NCBI GenBank assembly: GCA_018384365.1
Contig: JAHAYX010000001.1
Span: forward strand, 33,475-97,474
Direction of reading: 5' to 3'
DNA from: Clostridiaceae bacterium
GTDB lineage: Bacteria; Bacillota; Clostridia; Oscillospirales; QAMX01
Length of the DNA stretch: 64,000 nt
The number at the start of each line of letters is the position of its first letter. The stretch's first letter is position 1. Shown one piece after another: positions 10,465 to 19,376 of the stretch. The position numbers were made by a program, and so were the translations under genes. A model generated the notes under the pieces. The model was not told where the DNA came from, searched no databases, and saw nothing but the letters and a program-made list of their open reading frames with translations.

Positions 10465-11334
10465 TTAGGAACCCTGTTTTTTCACCGGTACCCATACTTC
10501 ACAGATGGCGTTCTGATGCGCCGCCTGGCCATAATACATTTCCAGTTCCGGACCTTCCGCCTGTTCATACCCGGACGCAGGAAACCATTCACGCCAGATG
10601 CGCCGGCGGAATTCCTCCATCGTGCAGTCCGGTCCGGGCATCGGAAACACAGCCCAGGTTCGCGCCGGCACCGCAAGCTTTTGGAACTTGGACGGGATCT
10701 CCATGCCCTGCGGCAGGAAATAAGCAATCATGTACTGAAATCCCTCGTCACCAAAATCATACAGCGCAGCGTGCAGGTACGTATCGTGGAAACGTCCCAG
10801 AAGTTCATTCATTTCATCCACGCTGCCGTCCTCGTCACATTTCCGGCAAAATTCCGGAACCGAAACAAAGGGGCTTTTGTCCGTGCCGATTTTACCGGCA
10901 ATGCCGAATAACGTAAACGCAGGTCTTTCCATTATCGTGTACTGCAATTCTCTATCCCCTCTCACGGAAATCTGAAAGGTCATGCGCGGATAGGCTTTCA
11001 ACGGCGCACCGCTGGTGCGCGCGGCGACAGGCATGACGCCATGCAGAGCTTTAAAGGCCCACGTGAACGCAGACTGTGATTCATACCCATATTTCAACGC
11101 AATTTCTATCACTTTTGCGTCCGTCGCCTGCAAATCAAAGGCCGCCAGTGTCAGGCGTCTGCGCCGGATATACTCGGAAAGCGTGATGCCTGTAATAAAT
11201 GGAAACATACGCTGAAAGTGATATGTCGAGCAGCAGGCCAGCCGGGCAATTTCGTCATAGGATATTTCTCCGTCCAGATGCACTTCGATATAGTCCATCG
11301 CACAGTTCATCCTTGCCAGCCAATCCATCGTCAT
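10465..11334 (-). CDS. AraC-family transcriptional regulator with GyrI-like effector domain
   Basis: 289 aa. N-terminal AraC HTH pair (YDEIARLACCSTYHFQRMF, IEIALKYGYESQSAFTWAFK) and a C-terminal GyrI/Rob-like domain. Confidence 0.85.
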   Translation of the reverse strand: MTMDWLARMNCAMDYIEVHLDGEISYDEIARLACCSTYHFQRMFPFITGITLSEYIRRRRLTLAAFDLQATDAKVIEIALKYGYESQSAFTWAFKALHGVMPVAARTSGAPLKAYPRMTFQISVRGDRELQYTIMERPAFTLFGIAGKIGTDKSPFVSVPEFCRKCDEDGSVDEMNELLGRFHDTYLHAALYDFGDEGFQYMIAYFLPQGMEIPSKFQKLAVPARTWAVFPMPGPDCTMEEFRRRIWREWFPASGYEQAEGPELEMYYGQAAHQNAICEVWVPVKKQGS

Positions 11335-11452
11335 TCCTCCTTTCCAAAACAGAATACCATAGGAAGGTGCAAATTGCTTTGCTTCTTCTGCACAAAAAAG
11401 TCAAATCCGCAGTTTCTGTCTCTCTGCGGCAGTGCCCCGCGTCGGACATTCG

Positions 11453-11489
11453 CAAAAAATCCGTCCGGGCATACGCTTCCGGACGGATT
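11453..11489 (-). terminator. Terminator of the MutS-like gene pair
   Basis: AATCCGTCCGG-loop-CCGGACGGATT followed by T6 on the minus strand. Confidence 0.75.
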
Positions 11490-11567
11490 AATCAACTTTC
11501 CTGCACAGCACTTGTCCTCAGGTGCACCCCGAGGCAGACAGGTATTCCCCAGCGGAGAACAGAAACG

Positions 11568-13076
11568 TCAGTCCTCGATCATCACCGGGCGGATCTTATA
11601 GTAATCATCGCCCTCGCTGGACTCCATCAGCTTGATATCCGTGTGGTAGCACATCTCAAAGAGCTTTGACATACGCGTGACGAAGATAAACTTGACGCCG
11701 ATTCGCGGGAAAATATTCAGAATGTCAAAAATACCGCGTGCGCCCTCCACATAAGCGGTAGTCTGGAACGTTTCGTTCAGCAGTACCAGAGAGTGCGGTT
11801 TGATGTTGTCGATGATATGCGCAACCTCCTGCACTTCGCCTTCAAAACGGCCTGCGGTATCGCCAACCACAAATTCCTTCTCCGCCGAGGAGAACTGCGT
11901 GAAGATGGCATTGCGCATACTGATGCTTGCGCGACGCGCACAGACCGGCAGACCCGACTGTGCCATAATCTGCGCCGTTCCGATCGAGCGCAGATAAACC
12001 GTTTTTCCTGTGGAGTTGTTGCCGCGGATCAGAATACCGATCTCATCGCTGGAAAGCCGCACGCTGTTTGTGACAATGGTATCGCGTGTTTTGCCTTCTG
12101 CCAGCAGCAGACAGTCATACAGGCCATCTGCATTGAAAACCTCTGCTTCATGCGGGCGAATGCGTGGGATGCAGTAAGTCACATGTGCACGGCGCAGGTA
12201 ATTGATATAGTCCAGCGCACCTTCATAAAAGGAGAGTTCGTCGGAAAGGCCATAGAACATCTCGTAAACGTGCTCCGTCACTTCCGTCATGACCGTATAC
12301 ATCCGGAACAGCGCTTCATTCAACAGGAAATTGGCGTCATCAATCATGCCGTCGCCCAGATTGTACTCAGGCGCGCGTTCTGCACGGTTTTTCAGGTTTT
12401 TTACCACATTCCAAATTTTGCGATCCTTTGCCAGCTTTTCCAGTTCCGCAATGTTGATGAGGTCGCACGAGGTGACGCGCATGGTGTCATCCATGCCGGC
12501 CATCACGGTAAACTCATACTGCGGCGGCGAATACAGCGTGAAAAGTGTGGCAATCTCCACAACCTCGTTCAGTGAGTCGTTGTTGATCATTTCCACGCAA
12601 TATTCCTTGATTGCGATCAGCCCCGGCGCCGTGAGCTCATATTTGTCGAGGATTTCGTAGGCGGATTTGAAATAACCCGCAATCATCTTGGCAAATTTGG
12701 AACTGACCTTCAGAAGATCAAAGGTATATTCCATCAGCGCCTTAAAACTGACTGACGCGCCGAAGGGGTGCACATTGGAGCGCATCTCTCCCCAGTCGCT
12801 TTTGATCGTATCGTAGCGGCGGAACAGGCGCTTGAGTTCAAAAAGCAGCTGCGGCTGTTTCGTAAAGTTGTCCACCAATTCCTGGCGATAGGTGATATTT
12901 TCCTCCGAGTGCAGTGGGCGCGTGAGGACTTTCAAAAATATCTCTGCCCGCGATTCATCTGTGCAGACGGCATTGACAAGACGGTCCACGGAGAGGTTGT
13001 ACACCGCTTCCCGCATATCAGAGAGCGTTGCATAATCGGGCTGCTCCGGAGTTTTATATAACAGACTGAATTTCAT
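11568..13076 (-). CDS. MutS-related ATPase (domain III/V only), paralog B
   Basis: 502 aa. Walker A GNNSTGKTVYLRSIG. MutS-like ABC core ...TAGRFEGEVQEVAHII...SLVLLNETFQTTA. No mismatch-binding domain I and no Smr domain. Its ATG overlaps the stop of the upstream paralog (ATGA). Confidence 0.75.
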   Translation of the reverse strand: MKFSLLYKTPEQPDYATLSDMREAVYNLSVDRLVNAVCTDESRAEIFLKVLTRPLHSEENITYRQELVDNFTKQPQLLFELKRLFRRYDTIKSDWGEMRSNVHPFGASVSFKALMEYTFDLLKVSSKFAKMIAGYFKSAYEILDKYELTAPGLIAIKEYCVEMINNDSLNEVVEIATLFTLYSPPQYEFTVMAGMDDTMRVTSCDLINIAELEKLAKDRKIWNVVKNLKNRAERAPEYNLGDGMIDDANFLLNEALFRMYTVMTEVTEHVYEMFYGLSDELSFYEGALDYINYLRRAHVTYCIPRIRPHEAEVFNADGLYDCLLLAEGKTRDTIVTNSVRLSSDEIGILIRGNNSTGKTVYLRSIGTAQIMAQSGLPVCARRASISMRNAIFTQFSSAEKEFVVGDTAGRFEGEVQEVAHIIDNIKPHSLVLLNETFQTTAYVEGARGIFDILNIFPRIGVKFIFVTRMSKLFEMCYHTDIKLMESSEGDDYYKIRPVMIED

Positions 13077-14524
13077 GCTTTACCTCCGAAACGTTCTTCC
13101 AGGGATTCGCGGTCCAAACGGTATTTTTTCAAAATATCCAGCGCCATAGAGCCAAGATTCCCCTGCTGGCGTGAAATTTTATAGGTACGGCGGTTGGAGT
13201 CGCTGAGATCCACCACCACGTTCAAAAACGGAATTTCCGTCTCGCCAACGCCATGCTGGTGCGTGATGTAAATGCCAAAGCTGCCGCTCTTATACAGGCG
13301 CTCCGCCAAAGCAATCGTCAATGGCACCGCAAGTTCCTCGCTCGTGGCCGAATACGTTTCATTGAGCAGAATCAACGAATTACCGCCTTCCGCCTCGAGA
13401 ATTTCGTTCACCAGGGCATTTTCATTCTGGAAACGTCCGCCGGAATCAAAGCGCTCATCACGCGGGAAGTGCGTATAAATGTTTTTCAGTGGATACAGCG
13501 AAGCGCTTTCACAGGCAAGCGGGCATCCATTCAGGAAGAACACCACAACCGCGCCGACTGCACGCAGATAAGTCGTTTTACCGCCGCCGTTTGCACCGGT
13601 CAGATAATAAAACGGCTCCTTCTCGGTAAAGAGGATGTCATTCGGGACAATGTTGTGCTCGTCCTTCGCCAACAGCGTGATGTCATAGGCATTATGAACG
13701 TTCACCTGACGTGTTTCTGCTATCTCCGGATAAACAACCGGGATACCGTTTGCACGCAGCTTTTCAAAAATTTCGGAAAGTTCCAGATAGAAGGCCAATT
13801 CACCCCGGTAAACCATGATACCGTCGTTGAAAAAGCCCTCATACTTCTCGTTGAACCAGTCGAAATACTCAAAAACGTCCGGATACAGCGCGGCAATTGC
13901 CTCTATGATGTCCGCCGGCAGCGGACGCGAGAACGTGCGCTGTTCACTGATCGTGGGCAGTCCGAGGTTTTCCGCGCAGGCCCTTAAGCGGTCCACATAC
14001 GTATTGCTGACCGTCGATGTGATGTGCATATTATCCCCGGTTATCTTAAAGCTGCAATGCTGGATCTCGGCAATGTGCGGATACACCTCATCCAGATCGT
14101 CAGCCAGTTCATCATATTCAGGACGGGAAACCTCCGCCACGAAAAACTCATGAAAACGTTCGAAAAATACGCCGGAACCTTTGAAATCCACGGCGTCATA
14201 GCCAAACTGTGCCGCGCATTTGAGCAGGCTGACGTAAATCACGCGTTTTTCATCCTCGCTGCCGGATTCCGTATAGGCGTCATACAGGCGGGCAAGCTCC
14301 GCCATGTCCTGCGCCAGCACTTTAAACTGGGCGCGCAGTTCATCATTTTCCAGGACACGGAATAATTCATGCCGTGCCAGGATATCGTCCTTGCCACAGA
14401 CATAACGCATGGATTTCACAGCGTCGCGGCTTAAAAGCAAATTCAGCTTCAGATCCTCAAAAACGTCCGGATGAATGGTTTCCTCCGGCAGGTCCGACAG
14501 GAACATCAAGCTTGGATAACCCAT
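13073..14524 (-). CDS. MutS-related ATPase (domain III/V only), paralog A
   Basis: 483 aa. Walker A GANGGGKTTYLRAVG and SLILLNETYSATS. The N-terminus SLMFLSD...FEDLKLNLLL is typical of short MutS-like proteins. Confidence 0.75.
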   Translation of the reverse strand: MGYPSLMFLSDLPEETIHPDVFEDLKLNLLLSRDAVKSMRYVCGKDDILARHELFRVLENDELRAQFKVLAQDMAELARLYDAYTESGSEDEKRVIYVSLLKCAAQFGYDAVDFKGSGVFFERFHEFFVAEVSRPEYDELADDLDEVYPHIAEIQHCSFKITGDNMHITSTVSNTYVDRLRACAENLGLPTISEQRTFSRPLPADIIEAIAALYPDVFEYFDWFNEKYEGFFNDGIMVYRGELAFYLELSEIFEKLRANGIPVVYPEIAETRQVNVHNAYDITLLAKDEHNIVPNDILFTEKEPFYYLTGANGGGKTTYLRAVGAVVVFFLNGCPLACESASLYPLKNIYTHFPRDERFDSGGRFQNENALVNEILEAEGGNSLILLNETYSATSEELAVPLTIALAERLYKSGSFGIYITHQHGVGETEIPFLNVVVDLSDSNRRTYKISRQQGNLGSMALDILKKYRLDRESLEERFGGKA

Positions 14525-14680
14525 AGCAGTACCTCGATCTTATCGTTTTGTCTTTCGCACAAACAGGTGTAAATATTATACTATATTATGCCGAAAATGT
14601 ACATCTCTATTTCAAATTTAACTGTTATGTCACATATCTGTTTCTTCTCTGAAAATCCGCGCACACTTTACAAAGCGTCG

Positions 14681-14709
14681 AAAAAAGGGCCGCACCTGAG
14701 GTGCGGCCC
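14681..14709 (-). terminator. Terminator of lipoprotein gene 14762..16672
   Basis: GGGCCGCAC-ctgag-GTGCGGCCC followed by T6 on the minus strand. Confidence 0.8.
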
Positions 14710-14761
14710 TTCTCTGCAAGTTTCTGTTGGTCAAACCAAGGCGAATGACAGGAATCTGTTA

Positions 14762-16672
14762 TCAGCCAAGGATGGCATCACGGCCCATCGCAACCAGGAA
14801 GCGGTCGGCGCGAGACTGCTGTACGTCGATGTACTCCTGCATGCCGAGGTTATCGTATGCATACTGGAGGTCAGCCTCGTAGGTATCCGTGGACTTGGTG
14901 CCGGTGATGTAGCTCGTGGTCATCTCAGCCAGATAGGTCTTCAGATCGGACTCATACTGGGAGATCACAGCGGTTTCTTCGTCGTTAGACAGGGTGTAGA
15001 AGTCAACGTTCATGGAGAAGACAATATTGTCAGTGCCAAAATCATTCAGATACAGGAAGAAGCGGTTCAGGTTGGACATATCAGTCCAGTTATAATCCTT
15101 ATACTGCTCTTTCCACTGATCAATCGTCAGGTTCTTCCAGGTGTAGGGCTCGCCTGCATCCAGAGCGTCCTGAACAGAGGTATACTCAGCCTGTACCGGA
15201 TCCCAAGCGAAGCCGGCCTGGATCTGCGGGAACATGCCCCACGGAGCAAAGTGCCACATATCGCCGTAGCTCTCTTCGTCTTCCTTGGAGATGTCTGTCG
15301 GAACTTTGTACTGATAGACCTTACCTTCAGCCGTGATATCATAGGACTTGCCTTCGATACCATAGCAAAGCAGCATATAGAAGGTTTCGCCGTTCAGCCA
15401 ATCGAGGTAAGCAGCAGCAGCTTCCATATCAACGTCAGCGCGGAATGCGAGACCGTTGTTCGCAGTCGTGACAGACTGGCCAACCATACGCGGTGCAACA
15501 CCTTCGATGGCCTGGATGATGGGCATCGGCTCATACTGCGTGTCGGGGTCGCCGGTCTGGGCGGTGATCAGGTTATCCGGATACATGACCTGCGCTGCGC
15601 AGTAGTTACCGGCAACGTTTGCACCGTAAGCCCATGCGCCGCCTTCGTTTATGTAAGCAACGCCCTTAGCATACAGATCCGCGGTGAAGTCAACGAACGC
15701 GAGGTACTGATCGCCCATATCGACAGGGTTCTCCACAACACCGGTTGCGTTGTTCATGTAGAAGTTACGGGGCGGGAGGCCGAACCAGCCAGCGGTCGTA
15801 TGACCGAAGACCTGCTCGGAAGCCATACCGATACCGAGGAACGCACGCTCATCAGCAGCGCCGTTGCCGTTGGCATCCTGTGCCTGGAACTGAACAAGAG
15901 CCTCAGCGAACTCTTCCGTTGTGGTCGGCATGGACAGGCCGCACTTATTCAGCCAGTCAACGCGGATGTTCAGGTTATACCAGGTGTGGAGCGGCCAGTT
16001 GTTGATGTAGTCTACATCGTCATGGTCCAGGTTGAAGGAAGTGCCATTACCGTCGGCGCAGCCAATGTAGTACCAGCCGCCATCCGGAGCAATGTTCCAT
16101 GCCTTCAGGTACTGATACTTGCCGCCGTCTGCGATCAGACCGGAGAAGGTACCATCAGAGAACTCGGCAATATCATTGAGATTGGCAAATCTGCCCTGAT
16201 TGATGGAGTTAACGAGGACTTCCGTGTCCATGAAGTTCGCATTGTTGCAGAGGAATGCGTCATCGAGGGTGTTGGAGGCCAGATAACCGGAAAGGGTCGT
16301 CTTGTATGCTTCGTTGTCGATCACATCCAGGTTTACAATGAGGTTATGCTCTTCCAGCATTTTGTCATTGTAATACTTGATGGTCTCGAAGCCCTTGGCA
16401 ACAGCCTCTTCATAAGTGTAGGTCCAGTTGTGGGATTCCTGACCCATGTACGTCAGAGTAAGGGGTTCCTTTTCGACAGGGGTGTCGTCGGTTTTACCGT
16501 CGTCCTTGTCGTCGCTGCCCTTATCGTCCGTCTTGGTGTCATCAGGGGTATTTGCACTACTGCCGCTGTCCGACGGGGTCTTGCTGTCGCTATTCGTGTT
16601 CGCGCAGGCGCTGAACAGAGCAACAAGCATGAAAACGGCAATGAGCAGTGCAAGCAGTCTCTTCGTGGTCAT
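14762..16672 (-). CDS. Large extracellular solute-binding lipoprotein (LplA/DUF3502-type SBP), orphan, paralog 1
   Basis: 636 aa. Lipobox LFSAC after a signal peptide, then an S/D/T/K-rich linker. Alignable over its full length with the ORF at 35773..37635. No ABC permease genes adjacent. Confidence 0.7.
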   Translation of the reverse strand: MTTKRLLALLIAVFMLVALFSACANTNSDSKTPSDSGSSANTPDDTKTDDKGSDDKDDGKTDDTPVEKEPLTLTYMGQESHNWTYTYEEAVAKGFETIKYYNDKMLEEHNLIVNLDVIDNEAYKTTLSGYLASNTLDDAFLCNNANFMDTEVLVNSINQGRFANLNDIAEFSDGTFSGLIADGGKYQYLKAWNIAPDGGWYYIGCADGNGTSFNLDHDDVDYINNWPLHTWYNLNIRVDWLNKCGLSMPTTTEEFAEALVQFQAQDANGNGAADERAFLGIGMASEQVFGHTTAGWFGLPPRNFYMNNATGVVENPVDMGDQYLAFVDFTADLYAKGVAYINEGGAWAYGANVAGNYCAAQVMYPDNLITAQTGDPDTQYEPMPIIQAIEGVAPRMVGQSVTTANNGLAFRADVDMEAAAAYLDWLNGETFYMLLCYGIEGKSYDITAEGKVYQYKVPTDISKEDEESYGDMWHFAPWGMFPQIQAGFAWDPVQAEYTSVQDALDAGEPYTWKNLTIDQWKEQYKDYNWTDMSNLNRFFLYLNDFGTDNIVFSMNVDFYTLSNDEETAVISQYESDLKTYLAEMTTSYITGTKSTDTYEADLQYAYDNLGMQEYIDVQQSRADRFLVAMGRDAILG

Positions 16673-16748
16673 CGCTTAGATCCTCCTATGATTTTTTTAC
16701 CAAAACGCGCAGTGCGCGGAATGGCCTGCCATTTCTACTACATATAGA

Positions 16749-16777
16749 ATCTTAACACTTGCATAACAACCTGTCAA
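16749..16777 (-). promoter_or_regulatory. Candidate promoter of lipoprotein paralog 1
   Basis: Minus strand TTGACA, 17 nt, TAAGAT, inside an AT-rich intergenic island. Confidence 0.45.
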
Positions 16778-17024
16778 CCATTTGGATTGTGAACATTTTG
16801 TGAACGATGGATGTTATTGCAAATTTTCCCGACAGTTTTCAGCTCATATTTTCATTGGTTAAAGAATATCAAAAAGAGTTATGGTAAAATAATATCTTTT
16901 CTCACTACGATTTTCGCGTCACTATTTTCACAATTGTTTTCCTTTGAAACTGTTCACGCATACAATTGTTGTATTAACATAGTTATAATATTTCAACGCC
17001 ATCTGCCGTATCCTGGGCGGGAAC

Positions 17025-17065
17025 AAAAAAGCTCTCCGACCGGCAGACAGTCAGGAGAGCTTTTT
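17025..17065. terminator. Terminator after the rrf2 gene (A-run and T-run flanked)
   Basis: AAAAAAGCTCTCC-loop-GGAGAGCTTTTT. Confidence 0.7.
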
Positions 17066-17084
17066 CATGCGGAGCAAAACTCCG

Positions 17085-17495
17085 TCAGTTTTCTTTTTTC
17101 ATAAGGTCCGCAATGGTAACCTGATCCAAATAACCGTTGATCATACGGTCCAGATCGTGCCACAGCGGCCGGGTCCGGCAGGAATCCATCCGTTCGCACG
17201 GCTTTGCACCGCAGTCCAGACAGGAAACCGGCGCCAGTGTTCCTTCGGTCAGGCGCAGGATATCACCGATCCGGTATTCCTCCGGCGAACGGTTCAGACG
17301 ATAGCCGCCGCCTTTGCCATGCACGCCTTCGACAAAGCCGTTTTTTGATAACAGCGACATGATGCGTTCCATATACTTCTGCGAGACGTTTTGCCGCTGC
17401 ACAACATCCTTCATCGGGATGAATCCACCCGCGTCATGCTCGGCAAGATCAATCAGCACACGCAGGGCATACCTGCCTTTTGTGGAAACCATCAT
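17085..17495 (-). CDS. Rrf2-family transcriptional regulator (IscR/CymR-like)
   Basis: ORF 17085..17540. ATG at 17495 follows GGAGGA. MMVSTKGRYALRVLIDLA is the Rrf2 HTH. Three Cys (CLDCGAKPCERMDSC) could ligate an Fe-S cluster. Confidence 0.85.
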   Translation of the reverse strand: MMVSTKGRYALRVLIDLAEHDAGGFIPMKDVVQRQNVSQKYMERIMSLLSKNGFVEGVHGKGGGYRLNRSPEEYRIGDILRLTEGTLAPVSCLDCGAKPCERMDSCRTRPLWHDLDRMINGYLDQVTIADLMKKEN

Positions 17496-17536
17496 GGTCG
17501 TTTCCTCCGTTTCATGGTGTCGTGCAGTCCTTCGCC

Positions 17537-17968
17537 TCACTCGCAGCAGTGACCGCAGGAAGCGCAGTCCGGAAATTGCTCGTGATCGTATGCAATCCCA
17601 TTTTTCTCATAATAATCCTGCACGGCGGCCTTTATGGCCTCCTCCGCAAGCACGCTGCAGTGCAGTTTATGTGCCGGAAGTCCATCCAGCGCCTCGGCAA
17701 CTGCGCGGTTTGACAATTGCAGTGCTTCGGAAAGCGGCTTGCCTTTGATCATCTCGGTTGCCATGGAGCTGGACGCAATCGCAGAGCCGCAGCCGAAGGT
17801 TTCGAACTTCACATCCGCAACGGTATCGTTTTCGATTTTCAGGTAGATTTTCATAATATCGCCGCACTTGGCGTTGCCAACCTCTCCGATGCCATCGGCA
17901 TTTTCAATCACGCCGACATTTCTCGGATGGCGGAAATGATCCATCACTTTTTCACTGTATAATGCCAT
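17537..17968 (-). CDS. nifU: Fe-S cluster assembly scaffold NifU/IscU
   Basis: 143 aa. HFRHPRNVG...GNAKCGDIM...FGCGSAIASSS...KLHCSVLA, the three scaffold cysteines. Confidence 0.9.
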   Translation of the reverse strand: MALYSEKVMDHFRHPRNVGVIENADGIGEVGNAKCGDIMKIYLKIENDTVADVKFETFGCGSAIASSSMATEMIKGKPLSEALQLSNRAVAEALDGLPAHKLHCSVLAEEAIKAAVQDYYEKNGIAYDHEQFPDCASCGHCCE

Positions 17969-17977
17969 GGTAAAACC

Positions 17978-19168
17978 TCACTTCAATAAAAATTCACGTT
18001 TCCCGCTGACCTTGTCGCGCCAAAGCGGCGACATATTCCGCAAATACGTCACAACCTCCGGGATTTCGCGCAGCAGGTAGTCCACTTCTTCGTCCGTGTT
18101 GGATTCGCACAGGGAAAGACGCAGGGATCCGTGCGCAATCTCATGCGGACGGCCAATAGCCAGCAGCACATGGCTCGGATCGAGCGATCCGGATGTGCAG
18201 GCAGAGCCGGACGAAGCGTAAATCCCCTTTTCGTCCAGAAGCAGCAGCAGACTTTCACCCTCTATGCCCTCAAAGCAGAAATTGACGTTGCCCGGCAGGC
18301 GGTTTACAGGGTCGCCGTTTAAGGCCGAATGGGGAATCCGGGATAATCCTGCAATCAGTTTATCCCGCAGGGCAGTCATCCTGGCAGCGTTCCGCTCCAG
18401 ATTCCGGCAGGCTTCCTCCAGTGCCGCCGCCATTCCCACAATTGCCGGCACATTTTCCGTACCGGCGCGTTTTCCGCGTTCCTGTGCGCCGCCTTCAATC
18501 AAGGTTGTCAGCGGGATGCCCTGGCGCACATACAGCGCGCCAATGCCTTTTGGGCCGTGGAATTTATGTGCGGAAAGGGAAAGCATATCAATGTGCTGTG
18601 CGCGGACATCTATGGCAAGATGGCCCGCCGCCTGCACAGCATCCGTATGAAACAGGACGCCGGCCTTCTGACAGACCTCGCCGATCTCCGAGACCGGCAA
18701 TATCGAGCCGATTTCGTTATTCGCGTACATCACCGTCACCAGGCAGGTATCCTCGCGGATTGCCGCTTCCACGTCCCGGGCGGAGATCATTCCGTTTTCA
18801 TGGACGGGCAGCAGCTCCACTTCAAAGCCCTGGCGTTCCAGTTTTTCCAGCGTGTGCAGCACGGCGTGGTGCTCAAACGCCGTGGAAAGAATGTGCCGCT
18901 TACTCTTGCGGCGGCCGATTTCCGCGGCAGTCAGAATGGCCTGGTTGTCCGCTTCGCTGCCGCCGGAGGTGAAGGTGATTTCCCGGGGCGAGCAGCCGAG
19001 ACAGGCGGCAATTTTTTCACGCGCCCCCTGCAGGGCCTCGGCAGCCCGCTGGCCTTCCGAGTGAAGGCTGGACGGATTGCCGCAAATGCCGTCCATATAC
19101 GGAAGCATGGCTTCGATTGCGGTCCGGCTCATGCGGGTGGTGGCTGCATTATCTGCATAAACGGTCAT
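17978..19168 (-). CDS. nifS: Cysteine desulfurase NifS
   Basis: 396 aa. VYADNAATT, SLSAHKFHGPKG (PLP lysine) and SSGSACTSGS (active-site Cys loop). Confidence 0.9.
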   Translation of the reverse strand: MTVYADNAATTRMSRTAIEAMLPYMDGICGNPSSLHSEGQRAAEALQGAREKIAACLGCSPREITFTSGGSEADNQAILTAAEIGRRKSKRHILSTAFEHHAVLHTLEKLERQGFEVELLPVHENGMISARDVEAAIREDTCLVTVMYANNEIGSILPVSEIGEVCQKAGVLFHTDAVQAAGHLAIDVRAQHIDMLSLSAHKFHGPKGIGALYVRQGIPLTTLIEGGAQERGKRAGTENVPAIVGMAAALEEACRNLERNAARMTALRDKLIAGLSRIPHSALNGDPVNRLPGNVNFCFEGIEGESLLLLLDEKGIYASSGSACTSGSLDPSHVLLAIGRPHEIAHGSLRLSLCESNTDEEVDYLLREIPEVVTYLRNMSPLWRDKVSGKREFLLK

Positions 19169-19217
19169 ATGTGACCCTCCTTTGTATGAGAAACGGTATG
19201 TTGTTTTCTGTGACCTC

Positions 19218-19246
19218 AGTATAACACCATTTACCTACTATGTCAA
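19218..19246 (-). promoter_or_regulatory. Sigma-A promoter of nifS-nifU-rrf2
   Basis: Minus strand TTGACA, 17 nt, TATACT, about 50 nt upstream of the nifS ATG. Confidence 0.55.
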
Positions 19247-19255
19247 TAGGTAAAT
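19229..19255. promoter_or_regulatory. 27-bp palindrome, candidate Rrf2 operator
   Basis: ATTTACCTA-N9-TAGGTAAAT, perfect 9-bp arms. Overlaps the -35 and spacer of the nifS promoter. Confidence 0.45.
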
Positions 19256-19376
19256 GAGCAAATATTCTCCCCCAGCCGTCGGTCGTGCTCGTGTCTCTGC
19301 TGTTTTTGCCTTTTCACGCAAAAACCCGGACGGTTTTTTCAATACGCCCGGGTTTCTCTTCGCCGGAATAGGACCG

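Noticed and set aside
14588-16747. Very long antisense ORFs mirroring real genes. Examples: 14588..16747(+), 35767..37548(-), 55348..57768(-), 48985..50226(-), 27409..28740(+), 24941..25999(+), 60765..62270(-), 7268..8527(-), 8633..9655(-), 1307..2362(-), 3 overlapping pflB, 50659..51591(-).
   Set aside because: Each lies opposite a gene with clear family motifs. Their translations are low-complexity and rich in R/G/A/H/V/D, with no motifs or RBS. This is the expected artefact of stop-codon-poor antisense frames in GC-rich DNA.
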